Shown here: positions 10,924 to 21,502 of the stretch, one piece after another
Numbering within the stretch: the stretch's first letter is position 1
How the letters are laid out: each line of letters begins with the position of its first letter
Notes under the pieces: model-generated
Databases searched by the model: none
Told to the model about the DNA's origin: nothing
Seen by the model: only the letters and a program-made list of their open reading frames with translations
Assembly: GCA_027077805.1 (NCBI GenBank)
Contig: JALWTS010000020.1
Coordinates: forward strand, 33,814-97,813
From: Gammaproteobacteria bacterium
Lineage (GTDB): Bacteria; Pseudomonadota; Gammaproteobacteria; JABHGC01
Reading direction: 5' to 3'
Length of the DNA stretch: 64,000 bases
Translations under genes and position numbers: made by a program

Positions 10924-12250
10924 GGGTAAAATAAAGATAATCATGGCCATCCACATCTACGACGATTTAAACCCCGAAGCAATGGCAATGCTACAAGCAT
11001 TATATAGCCGTTCCAGCAACAGTGTAACGGAACACCGTAAAAAAGTTGAAACCTCCGGATCTGCTAAATTTATGCAAAGTTATTATGTGGGTTATGGTCA
11101 TGCTTCAATTGGCGATTGTGGTACTACCACCCTATTTATCGAAGGCATATCCTTACTTGCCGCCAAAGCCATTCAAGACAATCCCTTATATTCAGGTCAA
11201 GAATCCTCGACTCGTTATATTAATTTTAACCATCAAACCCTAATTGACCCCATCGGTAATCAAGTCTCATATGCGATTTTAAATCAGTGGATGAACTTAT
11301 ATTTTCAAGTCTTTGAACAAAGCAAAGCCTATCTCACCCAAATTCACCCTACCCCCAAACACCAAGACAGCCAATTATGGGCAAAAACCTTACAAGCCCG
11401 AGCCTTTGATATTGCCAGAGGTTTTTTACCTTTAGGCATTACTACGCAACTCTCTTGGGCAACTAATTTACGTCAGGCCAATGACAAACTACAATTATTA
11501 TTAATACATCCATTAGAAGAAATTCGAGAGATTGCCAAACAATGTTTAAAACAATTGAAACAACACTATCCTAGCAGTTTTTCACACCATGATTATCCAG
11601 AACAAACGCAATATTACCAAAACCATGCCCAAGCACTTCACTACCAAACAGGCTTAAATTTAAGCCAAACTTTTCAATATCAAAGCGATTTAGATGTCAA
11701 CAATATCCAACCCTTAAGTTTATTACAACAACGCCCTGAAAAAACGAATTTACCCAAATTGCTCTCACGTTATGGGCAATTTTATTGTCAGTTTTTATTA
11801 GATTATGGCTCGTTTCGAGATATTCAACGCCATCGCAATGGTTTATGTCGTATTCCTATAATAGATAAACGTTATGGCTTTCATCCGTGGTATTTACAAC
11901 AACTTCCTGATGAACGACACAAATCAATAGAAACAGCGATTGCACAACAATTACAACAAATACAACAATTGCAACAAAAATATCAAGTGAATGAAGTCGC
12001 CATGCAATATTACTATCCATTAGGCATGCAGGTTGCCTGTGAAGTCGTTTATGATCTCCCCCAAATGGTCTATGTCACCGAATTACGTTCAGGTTCTACC
12101 GTGCATCCAACCTTAAGACAAATCGCCCATCAAATGCACCAAGCACTCGTCGATACGGTACCCGATTTAAAACTCTATACTGACTTATCAGAAGATAGGC
12201 TAGATATTAAACGTGGCTTACAAGACATAGTAGAACGGACACCGTCATAA
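10922..12250 (+). CDS. ThyX-like (flavin-dependent thymidylate synthase family) protein, atypically long, apparently two ThyX-like halves
   Basis: The N-terminal half has GHASIG...ESSTRY, resembling the ThyX GHETPFEH...SGRY block. The C-terminal half has FRDIQRHRNGL, resembling the ThyX RHR motif. It lies directly upstream of nrdAB. Confidence 0.4.
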   Translation: MGKIKIIMAIHIYDDLNPEAMAMLQALYSRSSNSVTEHRKKVETSGSAKFMQSYYVGYGHASIGDCGTTTLFIEGISLLAAKAIQDNPLYSGQESSTRYINFNHQTLIDPIGNQVSYAILNQWMNLYFQVFEQSKAYLTQIHPTPKHQDSQLWAKTLQARAFDIARGFLPLGITTQLSWATNLRQANDKLQLLLIHPLEEIREIAKQCLKQLKQHYPSSFSHHDYPEQTQYYQNHAQALHYQTGLNLSQTFQYQSDLDVNNIQPLSLLQQRPEKTNLPKLLSRYGQFYCQFLLDYGSFRDIQRHRNGLCRIPIIDKRYGFHPWYLQQLPDERHKSIETAIAQQLQQIQQLQQKYQVNEVAMQYYYPLGMQVACEVVYDLPQMVYVTELRSGSTVHPTLRQIAHQMHQALVDTVPDLKLYTDLSEDRLDIKRGLQDIVERTPS

Positions 12251-12837
12251 TGCGTCAATTTTATGCAATTTTACTCCTTATCGTTGGCATGACTACTTTA
12301 TCTGCTTGTCATCACCATAAACCCACACCAAGCAAAGCACTAGAACAAACAGCCATTGAGATTGTGAAACTGATTGCCCAAAAGGGCTGGCAAGCACTCG
12401 CCACCCATGTTCACCCCGAAAAAGGCTTGCGGTTTTCACCTAGTGCCTTTATTGATGTCAACAATGACATAGTGTTTAGCCAAAGCCAAATCGCCCAACT
12501 CAAAAATCATGCCAATCAAATCAGAACTTGGGGCAGTTATGACGGCACAGGCAACCCAATCAAATTAAGTTTTAACGACTATTATCAAAAATTTATTTAT
12601 AACAAAGACTATATTACCATCAATCCCAGCCCTGCCAATCAAACGCTTGCTAAAGGCAATACCATCAATAATATTGCCAAAGTCTATCAATCTTACCATT
12701 ACCAGTTTTTCGATTTTTATTATTCAGGCTCTGCGGAATATTCAGGTATGGATTGGTCAAGTTTACGTTTGATCTTTTTGGAAATTGAGGATCAATGGTA
12801 TCTCGTTAATATTGTGCATGATCAGTGGACGATTTAA
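12250..12837 (+). CDS. Hypothetical lipoprotein
   Basis: Lipobox-like LSAC after a hydrophobic N-terminus; start overlaps the upstream stop (ATGA coupling); no recognisable domain. Confidence 0.45.
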   Translation: MRQFYAILLLIVGMTTLSACHHHKPTPSKALEQTAIEIVKLIAQKGWQALATHVHPEKGLRFSPSAFIDVNNDIVFSQSQIAQLKNHANQIRTWGSYDGTGNPIKLSFNDYYQKFIYNKDYITINPSPANQTLAKGNTINNIAKVYQSYHYQFFDFYYSGSAEYSGMDWSSLRLIFLEIEDQWYLVNIVHDQWTI

Positions 12838-12901
12838 TTGGGCTTGATTGCGATGATTACTCACTGGGAACATCTCACTCGCTAAAAAGTCCAAATAAAA
12901 A

Positions 12902-14041
12902 TCAATCCCAACTCAACGCCCCACCCGTTTGATACTCAGTAACCCTAGTTTCAAAAAAATTCTTTTCTTTTCTAAGATTGGCTTGTTCATCTAACCAAGA
13001 TAAAACATTTTTGGCATTAGGGAATGGGGTTTCTAGGTTGAGTTGTTTAGCACGGCGGTTAGCAACAAAACGGAATTGCTCGATATGATCTTGGACACTA
13101 TAGCCAACAATGGGTCTAGGGAATAAATAATGGGCATACGCTTGTTCCGCCGCTTCCGCTTCATCCCACATTTGACGTAGTTGTTTTGGATCTAAAGTCA
13201 CATCATTTTCCATAATGATTTGTTTGACTACTCGAATCCCAAAGGCACAATGCAAAACCTCATCACGCATAATATATTGAAATTGCTCGCCAGTGCCTGT
13301 CATTAAACCACGACGTTGTAAGGCAAAAATTGGACTAAAGCCATTATAAAACCAACAACCTTCAAACACACCTGCAAAAAATAAATACGACATCACAAAA
13401 TTCTGTAATTCGTCTTTGTCATTTAAGTCAATATCTGAGCGTAACACTGAATGTAAACGCTGATTGGCTAATTCAATTTTTTTATTGATTTGTGGCACTA
13501 CCCGATAACGATTATAGATTTCGGACTGCTCTAAACCAAGCGTTTCAATGCAGTGTTGATAACACCACGTATGCATTGATTCCTCGTACACTTGTCTGGC
13601 TTGATAGATTTGCAATTCTGGTGCCGTCATTTTCTCCATCACGGCTAAACCAATATTACGCATGGCTAAAATATCAGACGTGGTTAAATAAGCTAATACA
13701 TTTTCATACACATGGCGTTCATCAGGCGTTAAACGATGTTGATAGTCATACACGTCTTTCGTCATATTAATATCTGAAGGTGTCCAATGGTTTTTATTGG
13801 CGTTTAAAAAGAATTCCCATGCCCATGCGTATTTGAATGGGGCTAATTGATTAATATCTGTTTGCCCATTAACCACCCGTTTATCTTCTGCTCGTACTGG
13901 TTTTTGTGTAGTCTCCAGCGTTTTTTGGGTTTGACTCCAGTGTTTGTGTATGGTGCTTGTTTTTTTTGCCACGCCTGTTACGGGTGCCGTAGTCGTTGTA
14001 ACCGATGATTCGGTCCTATTATTATCATCCCAATTCAACAT
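12902..14041 (-). CDS. nrdB: Ribonucleotide reductase class Ia small (beta) subunit
   Basis: Di-iron ligands and tyrosyl-radical region of R2 (EExxH motifs, YLFFAGVFEG region); located 16 nt downstream of nrdA. Confidence 0.9.
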   Translation of the reverse strand: MLNWDDNNRTESSVTTTTAPVTGVAKKTSTIHKHWSQTQKTLETTQKPVRAEDKRVVNGQTDINQLAPFKYAWAWEFFLNANKNHWTPSDINMTKDVYDYQHRLTPDERHVYENVLAYLTTSDILAMRNIGLAVMEKMTAPELQIYQARQVYEESMHTWCYQHCIETLGLEQSEIYNRYRVVPQINKKIELANQRLHSVLRSDIDLNDKDELQNFVMSYLFFAGVFEGCWFYNGFSPIFALQRRGLMTGTGEQFQYIMRDEVLHCAFGIRVVKQIIMENDVTLDPKQLRQMWDEAEAAEQAYAHYLFPRPIVGYSVQDHIEQFRFVANRRAKQLNLETPFPNAKNVLSWLDEQANLRKEKNFFETRVTEYQTGGALSWD

Positions 14042-14057
14042 TTTTTTATCCCTCTAT

Positions 14058-16883
14058 TTACTGACATGCTTCACAATCAGGGTCATCAATCGCACAAACT
14101 TTAGGTGCCATATTTTCATCAGCGATGGCATTATTTTTTCCCATATGCGTTGCACCTTGACTACGTAAATAATAAGTGGTTTTTAATCCTCGTAACCACG
14201 CCAAGCGATACAATTCATCCAATTTTCGTCCTGAAGGCTCTGCCATATAAAAATTTAGTGATTGTGCCTGATCAATCCATTTTTGTCGCCGACTGGCTGC
14301 TTCTACCAACCATTTTTGATCGATTTCAAACGCAGTAGCATACATTTGTTTAATATATTCAGGTACTCGCTCAATTTTCTCAACACTGCCCTCATAGTAT
14401 TTAAGGTCATTCACCATGACCGTATCCCATAAGTCCAAAGATTTTAATAATCTAACTAAATAGGCATTAACACAAGTAAATTCGCCTGATAAGTTTGATT
14501 TTACAAATAAATTTTTGAATGTTGGTTCGATTGATTGGCTAACACCAACTATGTTTGAAATAGTGGCCGTTGGTGCTATTGCTAAACAGTTAGAATTACG
14601 CATACCAACCGTAACCACTTTTTGACGTAAGGCCTCCCAATCTAAACGACTAGATAAATCTACCTCTAAATATTGTTGCCGATATTCTGCAAATTGTTTC
14701 ATGCTATCAATGGGTAAAATCCCCTGACTCCACAAGGAACCGTCAAAACTTTCATAACAGCCTCGTTCTTTAGCGAGTTCGGTTGACGCTTCAATGGCAT
14801 AATAACTGACTAATTCCATTGAACTATCGGCAAATTCAACCGCTTCTTGACTGGCATAGGCAATTTTTTGTTGATATAAGGCATCCTGAAAGCCCATAAT
14901 GCCTAACCCTACAGGACGATGTTTTAGGTTAGAATTTCTGGCTTCGTCAATGCTATAATAATTAATATCTATGACATTATCTAACATACGCATTGCCGTG
15001 CCAACAGTGGCTTTTAATTTTTCTTTGTCTAAGCCTTCGCTTGTAACATGGGCAGGAAGATTGATTGACCCAAGATTGCAAACACTAACCTCTTTGCCAT
15101 AGCTAGTATTCAAAGTCACCTCTGTGCATAAGTTAGAACCATGCACCACACCTTCATGCTGTTGAGGGCTTCGTAAATTACAAGGGTCTTTAAACGCAAT
15201 CCAAGGATGCCCTGTTTCAAATAACATGGTTAACATTTTACGCCATAACTGCACGGCTGAAATTCGGCGAGTATGTTTTAACTCTCCTGATTGGGCGAGT
15301 TTTTCATAATTAACATATGCTGTTTCAAAATCTTGACCATAAAGATCATGTAAATCAGGCACTTCATCAGGTGAAAATAAGGTCCACATTTCATCGTTTT
15401 CCACCCGTTTTAAAAACAAATCAGGCACCCAATTCGCCGTATTCATGTCATGGGTACGTCGTCTGTCATCACCTGTGTTTTTTCTTAATTCCAAAAAGTC
15501 TTCAATATCTAAATGCCAAGTCTCTAAATAGGCACAGCCTGCCCCTTTGCGTTTACCACTTTGATTAAAGGCAATTAAACCTGTTTCCGCCATTTTCAAA
15601 AATGGAATCACCCCATTAGATTTGCCATTCGTCCCCTTAATATACGCCCCCATAGCACGAACAGGTGTCCAATCATTGCCAATTCCTCCTGCAAATTTTG
15701 ATAATAAGGCATTATCAGCAATGGTTTTAGTAATGCCTTCCGCAGAATCATCCACAGTACTTAAATAACAACTGGACAATTGTGGGCGTAAGGTTCCTGA
15801 GTTAAACAATGTAGGCGTAGAGCTCATAAAATCAAAACTGGAGAGTAATTGATAAAATTCAATGGCTCGTTGTTCTTTTTCAGGCTCATTTAATGCCAAG
15901 CCCATTGCTACCCGCATAAAAAAGGCTTGAGGCAATTCTATCCGCTGTTCTTGATAATGCTGAAAATAGCGGTCGTATAGGGTTTGCAAACCCAGATAAT
16001 TAAATTTTAAATCTCGATTCGCTTGTAAATTTTGGGCTAAGATATCCAAATCAAATTTAAGTAAATCAGGATGTAATAGTTCTAATTCGACCGCTTTGCG
16101 AATATACCTTTTAAAATACCTAGGATAATTTTCCACCATTTCCTGATGAGTTAATTCTACCAAGCGATTTTGAAAAAAACTTAAGACTTCGGTTCGTAAG
16201 GAATCCAATAATAAACGAGCCGTGACTAAACTGTAATTCGGGTGTTGTTCAATGAAACCCCTTGCCCCCATAATTAAAATTTGATGTAATTCAGACTGAC
16301 TAATGCCATCAAATAGATTGTGATGCACATTTTGTAAAATTAAATCAACTGAAACGTCGTTTAAGCCCTGACAAGATTCACTGATTAATGTTTGTAAACG
16401 ATTAATATCTAAAGGCTGTCTTGAACCATCATTGAATACCACATGAATAATAGCCGTTTCCTCAGATAAATCTTCAGCTTCCATGGCTTTTTGCTCACGT
16501 TGTCTGGCATGCTCCTCACGATATAAAATATAAGAACGTACCACTTGATGTTCACCTTCACGCATTAATGCAAGCTCGACTTGATCTTGTATATCTTCAA
16601 TATGCACCACATGAGTAGCAGGCATTCGTCTTACTAAAGCCTCTAGCACGCTTTGGCTTAATTTTTCAACGGTTTCATGAATACGAGTAGAATCCTTAGC
16701 TTCCCCACCTTCCACGGCTAAAAAAGCCTTGCTCATGGCAATTTTAACTTTTGCTTCATCAAATGATACGAGTTCACCATTACGGCGAATCACATGCAAA
16801 TCTTTTGCTTGATATTTCTTAGGCACAGTAACAGGCGTTTGTTCATTTTTTGAGGAAGAATGAGCTATAAGATCGATATTCAT
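14058..16883 (-). CDS. nrdA: Ribonucleotide reductase class Ia large (alpha) subunit with N-terminal ATP-cone
   Basis: 941 aa; ATP-cone (VIRRNGELVSFDEAKV); catalytic NLCTE and C-terminal CxxC... redox pair; paired with nrdB. Confidence 0.9.
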   Translation of the reverse strand: MNIDLIAHSSSKNEQTPVTVPKKYQAKDLHVIRRNGELVSFDEAKVKIAMSKAFLAVEGGEAKDSTRIHETVEKLSQSVLEALVRRMPATHVVHIEDIQDQVELALMREGEHQVVRSYILYREEHARQREQKAMEAEDLSEETAIIHVVFNDGSRQPLDINRLQTLISESCQGLNDVSVDLILQNVHHNLFDGISQSELHQILIMGARGFIEQHPNYSLVTARLLLDSLRTEVLSFFQNRLVELTHQEMVENYPRYFKRYIRKAVELELLHPDLLKFDLDILAQNLQANRDLKFNYLGLQTLYDRYFQHYQEQRIELPQAFFMRVAMGLALNEPEKEQRAIEFYQLLSSFDFMSSTPTLFNSGTLRPQLSSCYLSTVDDSAEGITKTIADNALLSKFAGGIGNDWTPVRAMGAYIKGTNGKSNGVIPFLKMAETGLIAFNQSGKRKGAGCAYLETWHLDIEDFLELRKNTGDDRRRTHDMNTANWVPDLFLKRVENDEMWTLFSPDEVPDLHDLYGQDFETAYVNYEKLAQSGELKHTRRISAVQLWRKMLTMLFETGHPWIAFKDPCNLRSPQQHEGVVHGSNLCTEVTLNTSYGKEVSVCNLGSINLPAHVTSEGLDKEKLKATVGTAMRMLDNVIDINYYSIDEARNSNLKHRPVGLGIMGFQDALYQQKIAYASQEAVEFADSSMELVSYYAIEASTELAKERGCYESFDGSLWSQGILPIDSMKQFAEYRQQYLEVDLSSRLDWEALRQKVVTVGMRNSNCLAIAPTATISNIVGVSQSIEPTFKNLFVKSNLSGEFTCVNAYLVRLLKSLDLWDTVMVNDLKYYEGSVEKIERVPEYIKQMYATAFEIDQKWLVEAASRRQKWIDQAQSLNFYMAEPSGRKLDELYRLAWLRGLKTTYYLRSQGATHMGKNNAIADENMAPKVCAIDDPDCEACQ

Positions 16884-16894
16884 ATGCTACCTTT

Positions 16895-16920
16895 AATGGG
16901 TATTGATAATGGGTATTGAT
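16895..16920. repeat. Perfect tandem 13-bp direct repeat (aatgggtattgat x2) immediately upstream of the nrdA RBS
   Basis: Read directly: aatgggtattgat aatgggtattgat at 16895-16920, 11 nt from the nrdA start codon on the minus strand. Confidence 0.6.
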
Positions 16921-17239
16921 TAAATTGCTATTAGTTATTTTTATTAGGACAATAAGCATTTGTGCCGTTACTTAAGCCAAAAGCAACAGTGCTTAATGCC
17001 ACAAAAATTATAATTACAGGCTAGTATAAAAAATGTTGGACTTGTTTGCAAAGTCATCATAACTAAGTGAAAATACAACAATAAAAAAAACTTAAACCGA
17101 AATGGCAAGGAATAGGTTGCGATTATTCAAGATATGGCGATAAAAAGTTTGTGATTATTTTCAAAAAATCTTACGCAATCATCACGCCATGTTACCAAAT
17201 ACTAATATAATAAATTATATTTATAATTAAATAACTTTA

Positions 17240-17857
<618 letters not shown>

Positions 17858-17965
17858 TCATAAAGTAATAGTTTAAATATAGCAAAAATATTCTATGATT
17901 TAAAAAAAATAGTTTATAATTGTAGCAATCCCCAATTCCCCAAACCAGAGACTTTAGGAGTTTCT

Positions 17966-18253
17966 ATGAAATTTTTGTTATTGAGTTTAAACTTATTATT
18001 AATAACGGCATGCTCTAATATGGTACCTGTCCAAGAAATGAGTGATGCAAGACAAGCAATCCAAGCCGCAAATCAAGTCGGTGCCAACTACCACGCCCAA
18101 CACCAAATGTTAAAAGCCCAAGAATATTTAAGCCAAGCAGAACATCATTTATACCAAGGCTTATACCATGATGCCAAAGATCAAGCACTCGCCGCAAAAC
18201 AACAAGCCTTAAAAGCAAGAAACCTCACCTTAAGCATGGAAAATACTCAATGA
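17966..18253 (+). CDS. Small lipoprotein (coiled-coil, DUF4398-like)
   Basis: Signal peptide with lipobox LITAC; Q/A-rich helical remainder; ATGA overlap with the next ORF. Confidence 0.45.
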   Translation: MKFLLLSLNLLLITACSNMVPVQEMSDARQAIQAANQVGANYHAQHQMLKAQEYLSQAEHHLYQGLYHDAKDQALAAKQQALKARNLTLSMENTQ

Positions 18254-18582
18254 ATGAAGACCCGTTAAAACAATTAAATGAAGAACAACTGAAAAAGAAT
18301 TTAAGCATGCCTGAAAACTGGATTCGTGCCATTTACATGATATTATTTTTCTTTGTTTACAATATGTTAGATTTTTTAATTATTATTATTACCATTTTTC
18401 AGTTTGTTGCAACTTTAATGACAGGCAAGCCTGATAATCGAATCACTATTGTTGGCAAACATGCGAGTAATTATGTGTTTCAAATTTTATTATTTCTCAC
18501 TTATAATACCGAAAAAAAACCCTATCCTTTTAGTGCTTGGCCTAAATTTTCAGATTCTAGAGATGATTTAATCCAAAAATAA
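18250..18582 (+). CDS. Small inner-membrane protein (DUF4389-like)
   Basis: 110 aa with two hydrophobic helices; translationally coupled to the upstream lipoprotein gene. Confidence 0.4.
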   Translation: MNEDPLKQLNEEQLKKNLSMPENWIRAIYMILFFFVYNMLDFLIIIITIFQFVATLMTGKPDNRITIVGKHASNYVFQILLFLTYNTEKKPYPFSAWPKFSDSRDDLIQK

Positions 18583-18592
18583 GTTTATTGAT

Positions 18593-19849
18593 TTGATGTT
18601 GAAATTTTTTAAACGTTTTCGCGCTCCTAATCAGGGTAAAATAGTCTTAGATTTTTTTAAACAACTGATTCAACGTTTTTTTTATGATCGTTGTTTAGAA
18701 CATGCGGCTGCCTTATCTTATACCACCTTACTTTCAATGGTGCCGTTAATGGCAGTAACATTGTCAATTTTTACCGCATTTCCAGTATTTGAAAAAATCA
18801 GCCAACAAACCCAAGACTTTGTATTCCAAAATTTTGTGCCAGCAGCAGGTGCGGTCGTGCAACAATATTTACAAGAATTTACCCAAAAAGCCTCGGACTT
18901 AACCGCCGTAGGGATTTTAGTGTTGATTATTACCGCACTAATGCTGATGTCAAGCATTGACAAAACGTTTAATCGAATTTGGCGTTGTGGTCAACGCAAA
19001 CGTCATATTGTGGCAAGTTTTATGGTGTATTGGTCAACCCTAACCTTAGGTCCTGTTTTGCTTGGCGTAAGCATAGTGATTACTTCTTATCTGGTGTCAT
19101 TGCCCTTATTTAGTGATGCCGAGGTCGTCAACCGTTCGCTCAAAACATTGCCTATATTACTCTCCTCCTTAGCCTTTGCGTTGATTTATATGTTAATTCC
19201 TAATCGTCGAGTGCCATTTTTATATGCAATTGCGGGAGGAATTTTAGCCGCAGTATTATTTGAAATTATTAAACGAGTGTTTGCCTTTTATGTTACCCAA
19301 TTTCCCACTTATGAGGCAATTTATGGGGCATTAGCCACCATACCAATTTTATTGATTTGGATTTATTTATCTTGGATTATCACCTTACTTGGGGCAGAGT
19401 TTACCTACTGCTTGCAATATTATCAAAACTACCAATCTAAAACGACATTAAACCCTAGTTTGGATTTTTTATTAACTTTAAGTATTTTAGAACAATTATG
19501 GCAAGCCCAAAAACAGGGCAAAACCTTATCAACAGAGTATTTACTTAGCCAAGATTTAACCAATGCCCAAGATAATTTAGAAAACGTTTTAGATACCCTA
19601 CAAAAATTGGACTTAATCCATAAAACTGAAAAGAAGGATTGGGCATTATCTCGGGATTTAAATCATTTAAGCGTTTTAGAATTGTATAATATGGCAGATT
19701 TTACCTTACCGGCCACTGACCTTTCTTGGCAACAACATAGCAATTATCCCAGTGCCTTAAGCACTTTATTTACCCCAATTTATCATACCATTGAAACGAC
19801 GATGGCCATGCCATTAAGTGATTTATATCAAAATCAACAAACTCAATAA
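18593..19849 (+). CDS. YihY/BrkB family inner-membrane protein (formerly annotated RNase BN)
   Basis: HAAALSYTTLLSMVPLMAV signature of the YihY family, 6 TM helices plus a C-terminal soluble extension. Confidence 0.8.
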   Translation: MMLKFFKRFRAPNQGKIVLDFFKQLIQRFFYDRCLEHAAALSYTTLLSMVPLMAVTLSIFTAFPVFEKISQQTQDFVFQNFVPAAGAVVQQYLQEFTQKASDLTAVGILVLIITALMLMSSIDKTFNRIWRCGQRKRHIVASFMVYWSTLTLGPVLLGVSIVITSYLVSLPLFSDAEVVNRSLKTLPILLSSLAFALIYMLIPNRRVPFLYAIAGGILAAVLFEIIKRVFAFYVTQFPTYEAIYGALATIPILLIWIYLSWIITLLGAEFTYCLQYYQNYQSKTTLNPSLDFLLTLSILEQLWQAQKQGKTLSTEYLLSQDLTNAQDNLENVLDTLQKLDLIHKTEKKDWALSRDLNHLSVLELYNMADFTLPATDLSWQQHSNYPSALSTLFTPIYHTIETTMAMPLSDLYQNQQTQ

Positions 19850-20538
19850 AAATCATTGCTCCAACTAGAACGCCGACTTTTAATATTGATACGAGGCAAG
19901 AAAAAGCCAAATAACACCCCAATGATCACTGCTAAAGCCCCCAAGGTAAACCATTCAAAATCTTTATCGGTTTTTAATTGTATATTATCTTGTTTTAATT
20001 GTTCAATTTCCAGTTGATAGGCATCCGTTGCTTGTTGCAAACTGTGTAATTGTTGTTTCATCCGTATCGCTTGACTTGCCGTAGTTTTAATCGCTACGAA
20101 TTGTTCTAATACCGCTTGATGTTTTAATTGTAACGCTTGCCAATTCGCTTGTTGTAAGTCTAATGCTTGTTTTAAATCGGCAATGGTAATCGCTAATTGT
20201 TGGTTTCGTTGTAATAAATCGGAATAATCTTGAGCAATCAACCCTAGTTGCGTTCTTGCAATGGGTTGCGATAATAACTGCCGACTTAATACCCAAGCAG
20301 TTTTACCCGAATCGAATTGAATCTGGCTGTAACCTTGTTCTTGCTTTAAAATGGTAACGGCAGTCCCACTCGCAAGCTGTTTAATAATTTTGTGTCCAGT
20401 CGTTTTACCTGTTCTTGCCATGATCTTGCATTGATCCGTTACATATTTTTGTTCAGCTTGTGCTGCAAAACTCAGTATCAGGAAACACAGCAAAAGATTT
20501 TTGACGTAATCGAATCGTAAGTTGCTCGTTAATTGCAT
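19843..20538 (-). CDS. SH3-domain protein with coiled-coil and C-terminal TM anchor (TIGR04211/YgiM-like)
   Basis: Signal peptide, SH3b-like segment (GKTAWVLSRQL), long Q-rich coiled-coil, C-terminal hydrophobic helix. The predicted start overlaps the upstream ABC ATPase gene by ~86 nt. Confidence 0.5.
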   Translation of the reverse strand: MQLTSNLRFDYVKNLLLCFLILSFAAQAEQKYVTDQCKIMARTGKTTGHKIIKQLASGTAVTILKQEQGYSQIQFDSGKTAWVLSRQLLSQPIARTQLGLIAQDYSDLLQRNQQLAITIADLKQALDLQQANWQALQLKHQAVLEQFVAIKTTASQAIRMKQQLHSLQQATDAYQLEIEQLKQDNIQLKTDKDFEWFTLGALAVIIGVLFGFFLPRINIKSRRSSWSNDFY

Positions 20539-21502
20539 AATCTAAATGGCTAGGAAAATTGGCAAATAATTGCTGACCCGATGCCAGCTTTAAATAGTAT
20601 ATAGTATCTCCACCATAAAATAACTTGTCAACCACTTGTACCAAATACCCTGAATCAGCAAGCAAAATATCCTCAGGTCGAATAAGTACCTTTAACTGTG
20701 TTGATTGATTTTCAAGGCATTGCAATAAACCCAATTCAGTATCGACTTGGGTAGAATTTTTACGTTTCCCGCATAAAAATTGCCCTTGCCCAATAAAATC
20801 AGCCACAAAACTATTTTTAGGATAATGATATAACTCATAAGGACTATCATGTTGTACAATTCGACCTTGATACATTACCGCAACCTGATCACAAACCACA
20901 AAGGCTTCTTTTTGATCATGGGTTACCCAAATGGCCGTCATCGCTTGTTGTTTTAGAATTTGGCGAATATCAATTTGCAAACGTTCTCTAAGTTCTATAT
21001 CCAAACTTGAAAATGGCTCATCCATTAAAATCAACTTAGGTTTGGGTGCTAATGCTCTGGCTAAAGCAACCCGCTGTTGTTGCCCACCCGATAATTGATG
21101 TGGATAGTGCTGGGCAATGCTTGGCAAACCGACTATTTCTAGCATTTCCGCAACAGTATTGGCTTGTTGTTTTTTGCTTAAGCGATTTAAACCGAAGGCA
21201 ATATTGGCATAAATATTCAAGTGTGGAAACAAAGAATAATCTTGAAACACCATCCCTAAATGACGTTGTTCAGGAGGCAGACTAAAACGGGAACTAGAGA
21301 CCAATTGCTGATCAATATAGATTTCACCTTGAGTTAAAGGTATAAAGCCAGCAATAGCTCGTAAGACAGTAGTCTTACCGCAACCGCTGGCACCTAATAA
21401 GCCAGTAATGTCGCCTTCGGCGACTTGTAATGATAACTGATCCGCAACCCTATGCTGTTGATATTGACATTGGATATTCGCAAGTGCAACTAGAGACATC
21501 AC
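20453..21502 (-). CDS. ABC transporter ATP-binding protein with C-terminal TOBE-like domain (FbpC/PotA-like)
   Basis: Walker A GASGCGKTT, ABC signature LSGGQQQRVALARAL, Walker B LILMDEP; no permease or binding-protein gene adjacent. Confidence 0.8.
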   Translation of the reverse strand: MMSLVALANIQCQYQQHRVADQLSLQVAEGDITGLLGASGCGKTTVLRAIAGFIPLTQGEIYIDQQLVSSSRFSLPPEQRHLGMVFQDYSLFPHLNIYANIAFGLNRLSKKQQANTVAEMLEIVGLPSIAQHYPHQLSGGQQQRVALARALAPKPKLILMDEPFSSLDIELRERLQIDIRQILKQQAMTAIWVTHDQKEAFVVCDQVAVMYQGRIVQHDSPYELYHYPKNSFVADFIGQGQFLCGKRKNSTQVDTELGLLQCLENQSTQLKVLIRPEDILLADSGYLVQVVDKLFYGGDTIYYLKLASGQQLFANFPSHLDYAINEQLTIRLRQKSFAVFPDTEFCSTS

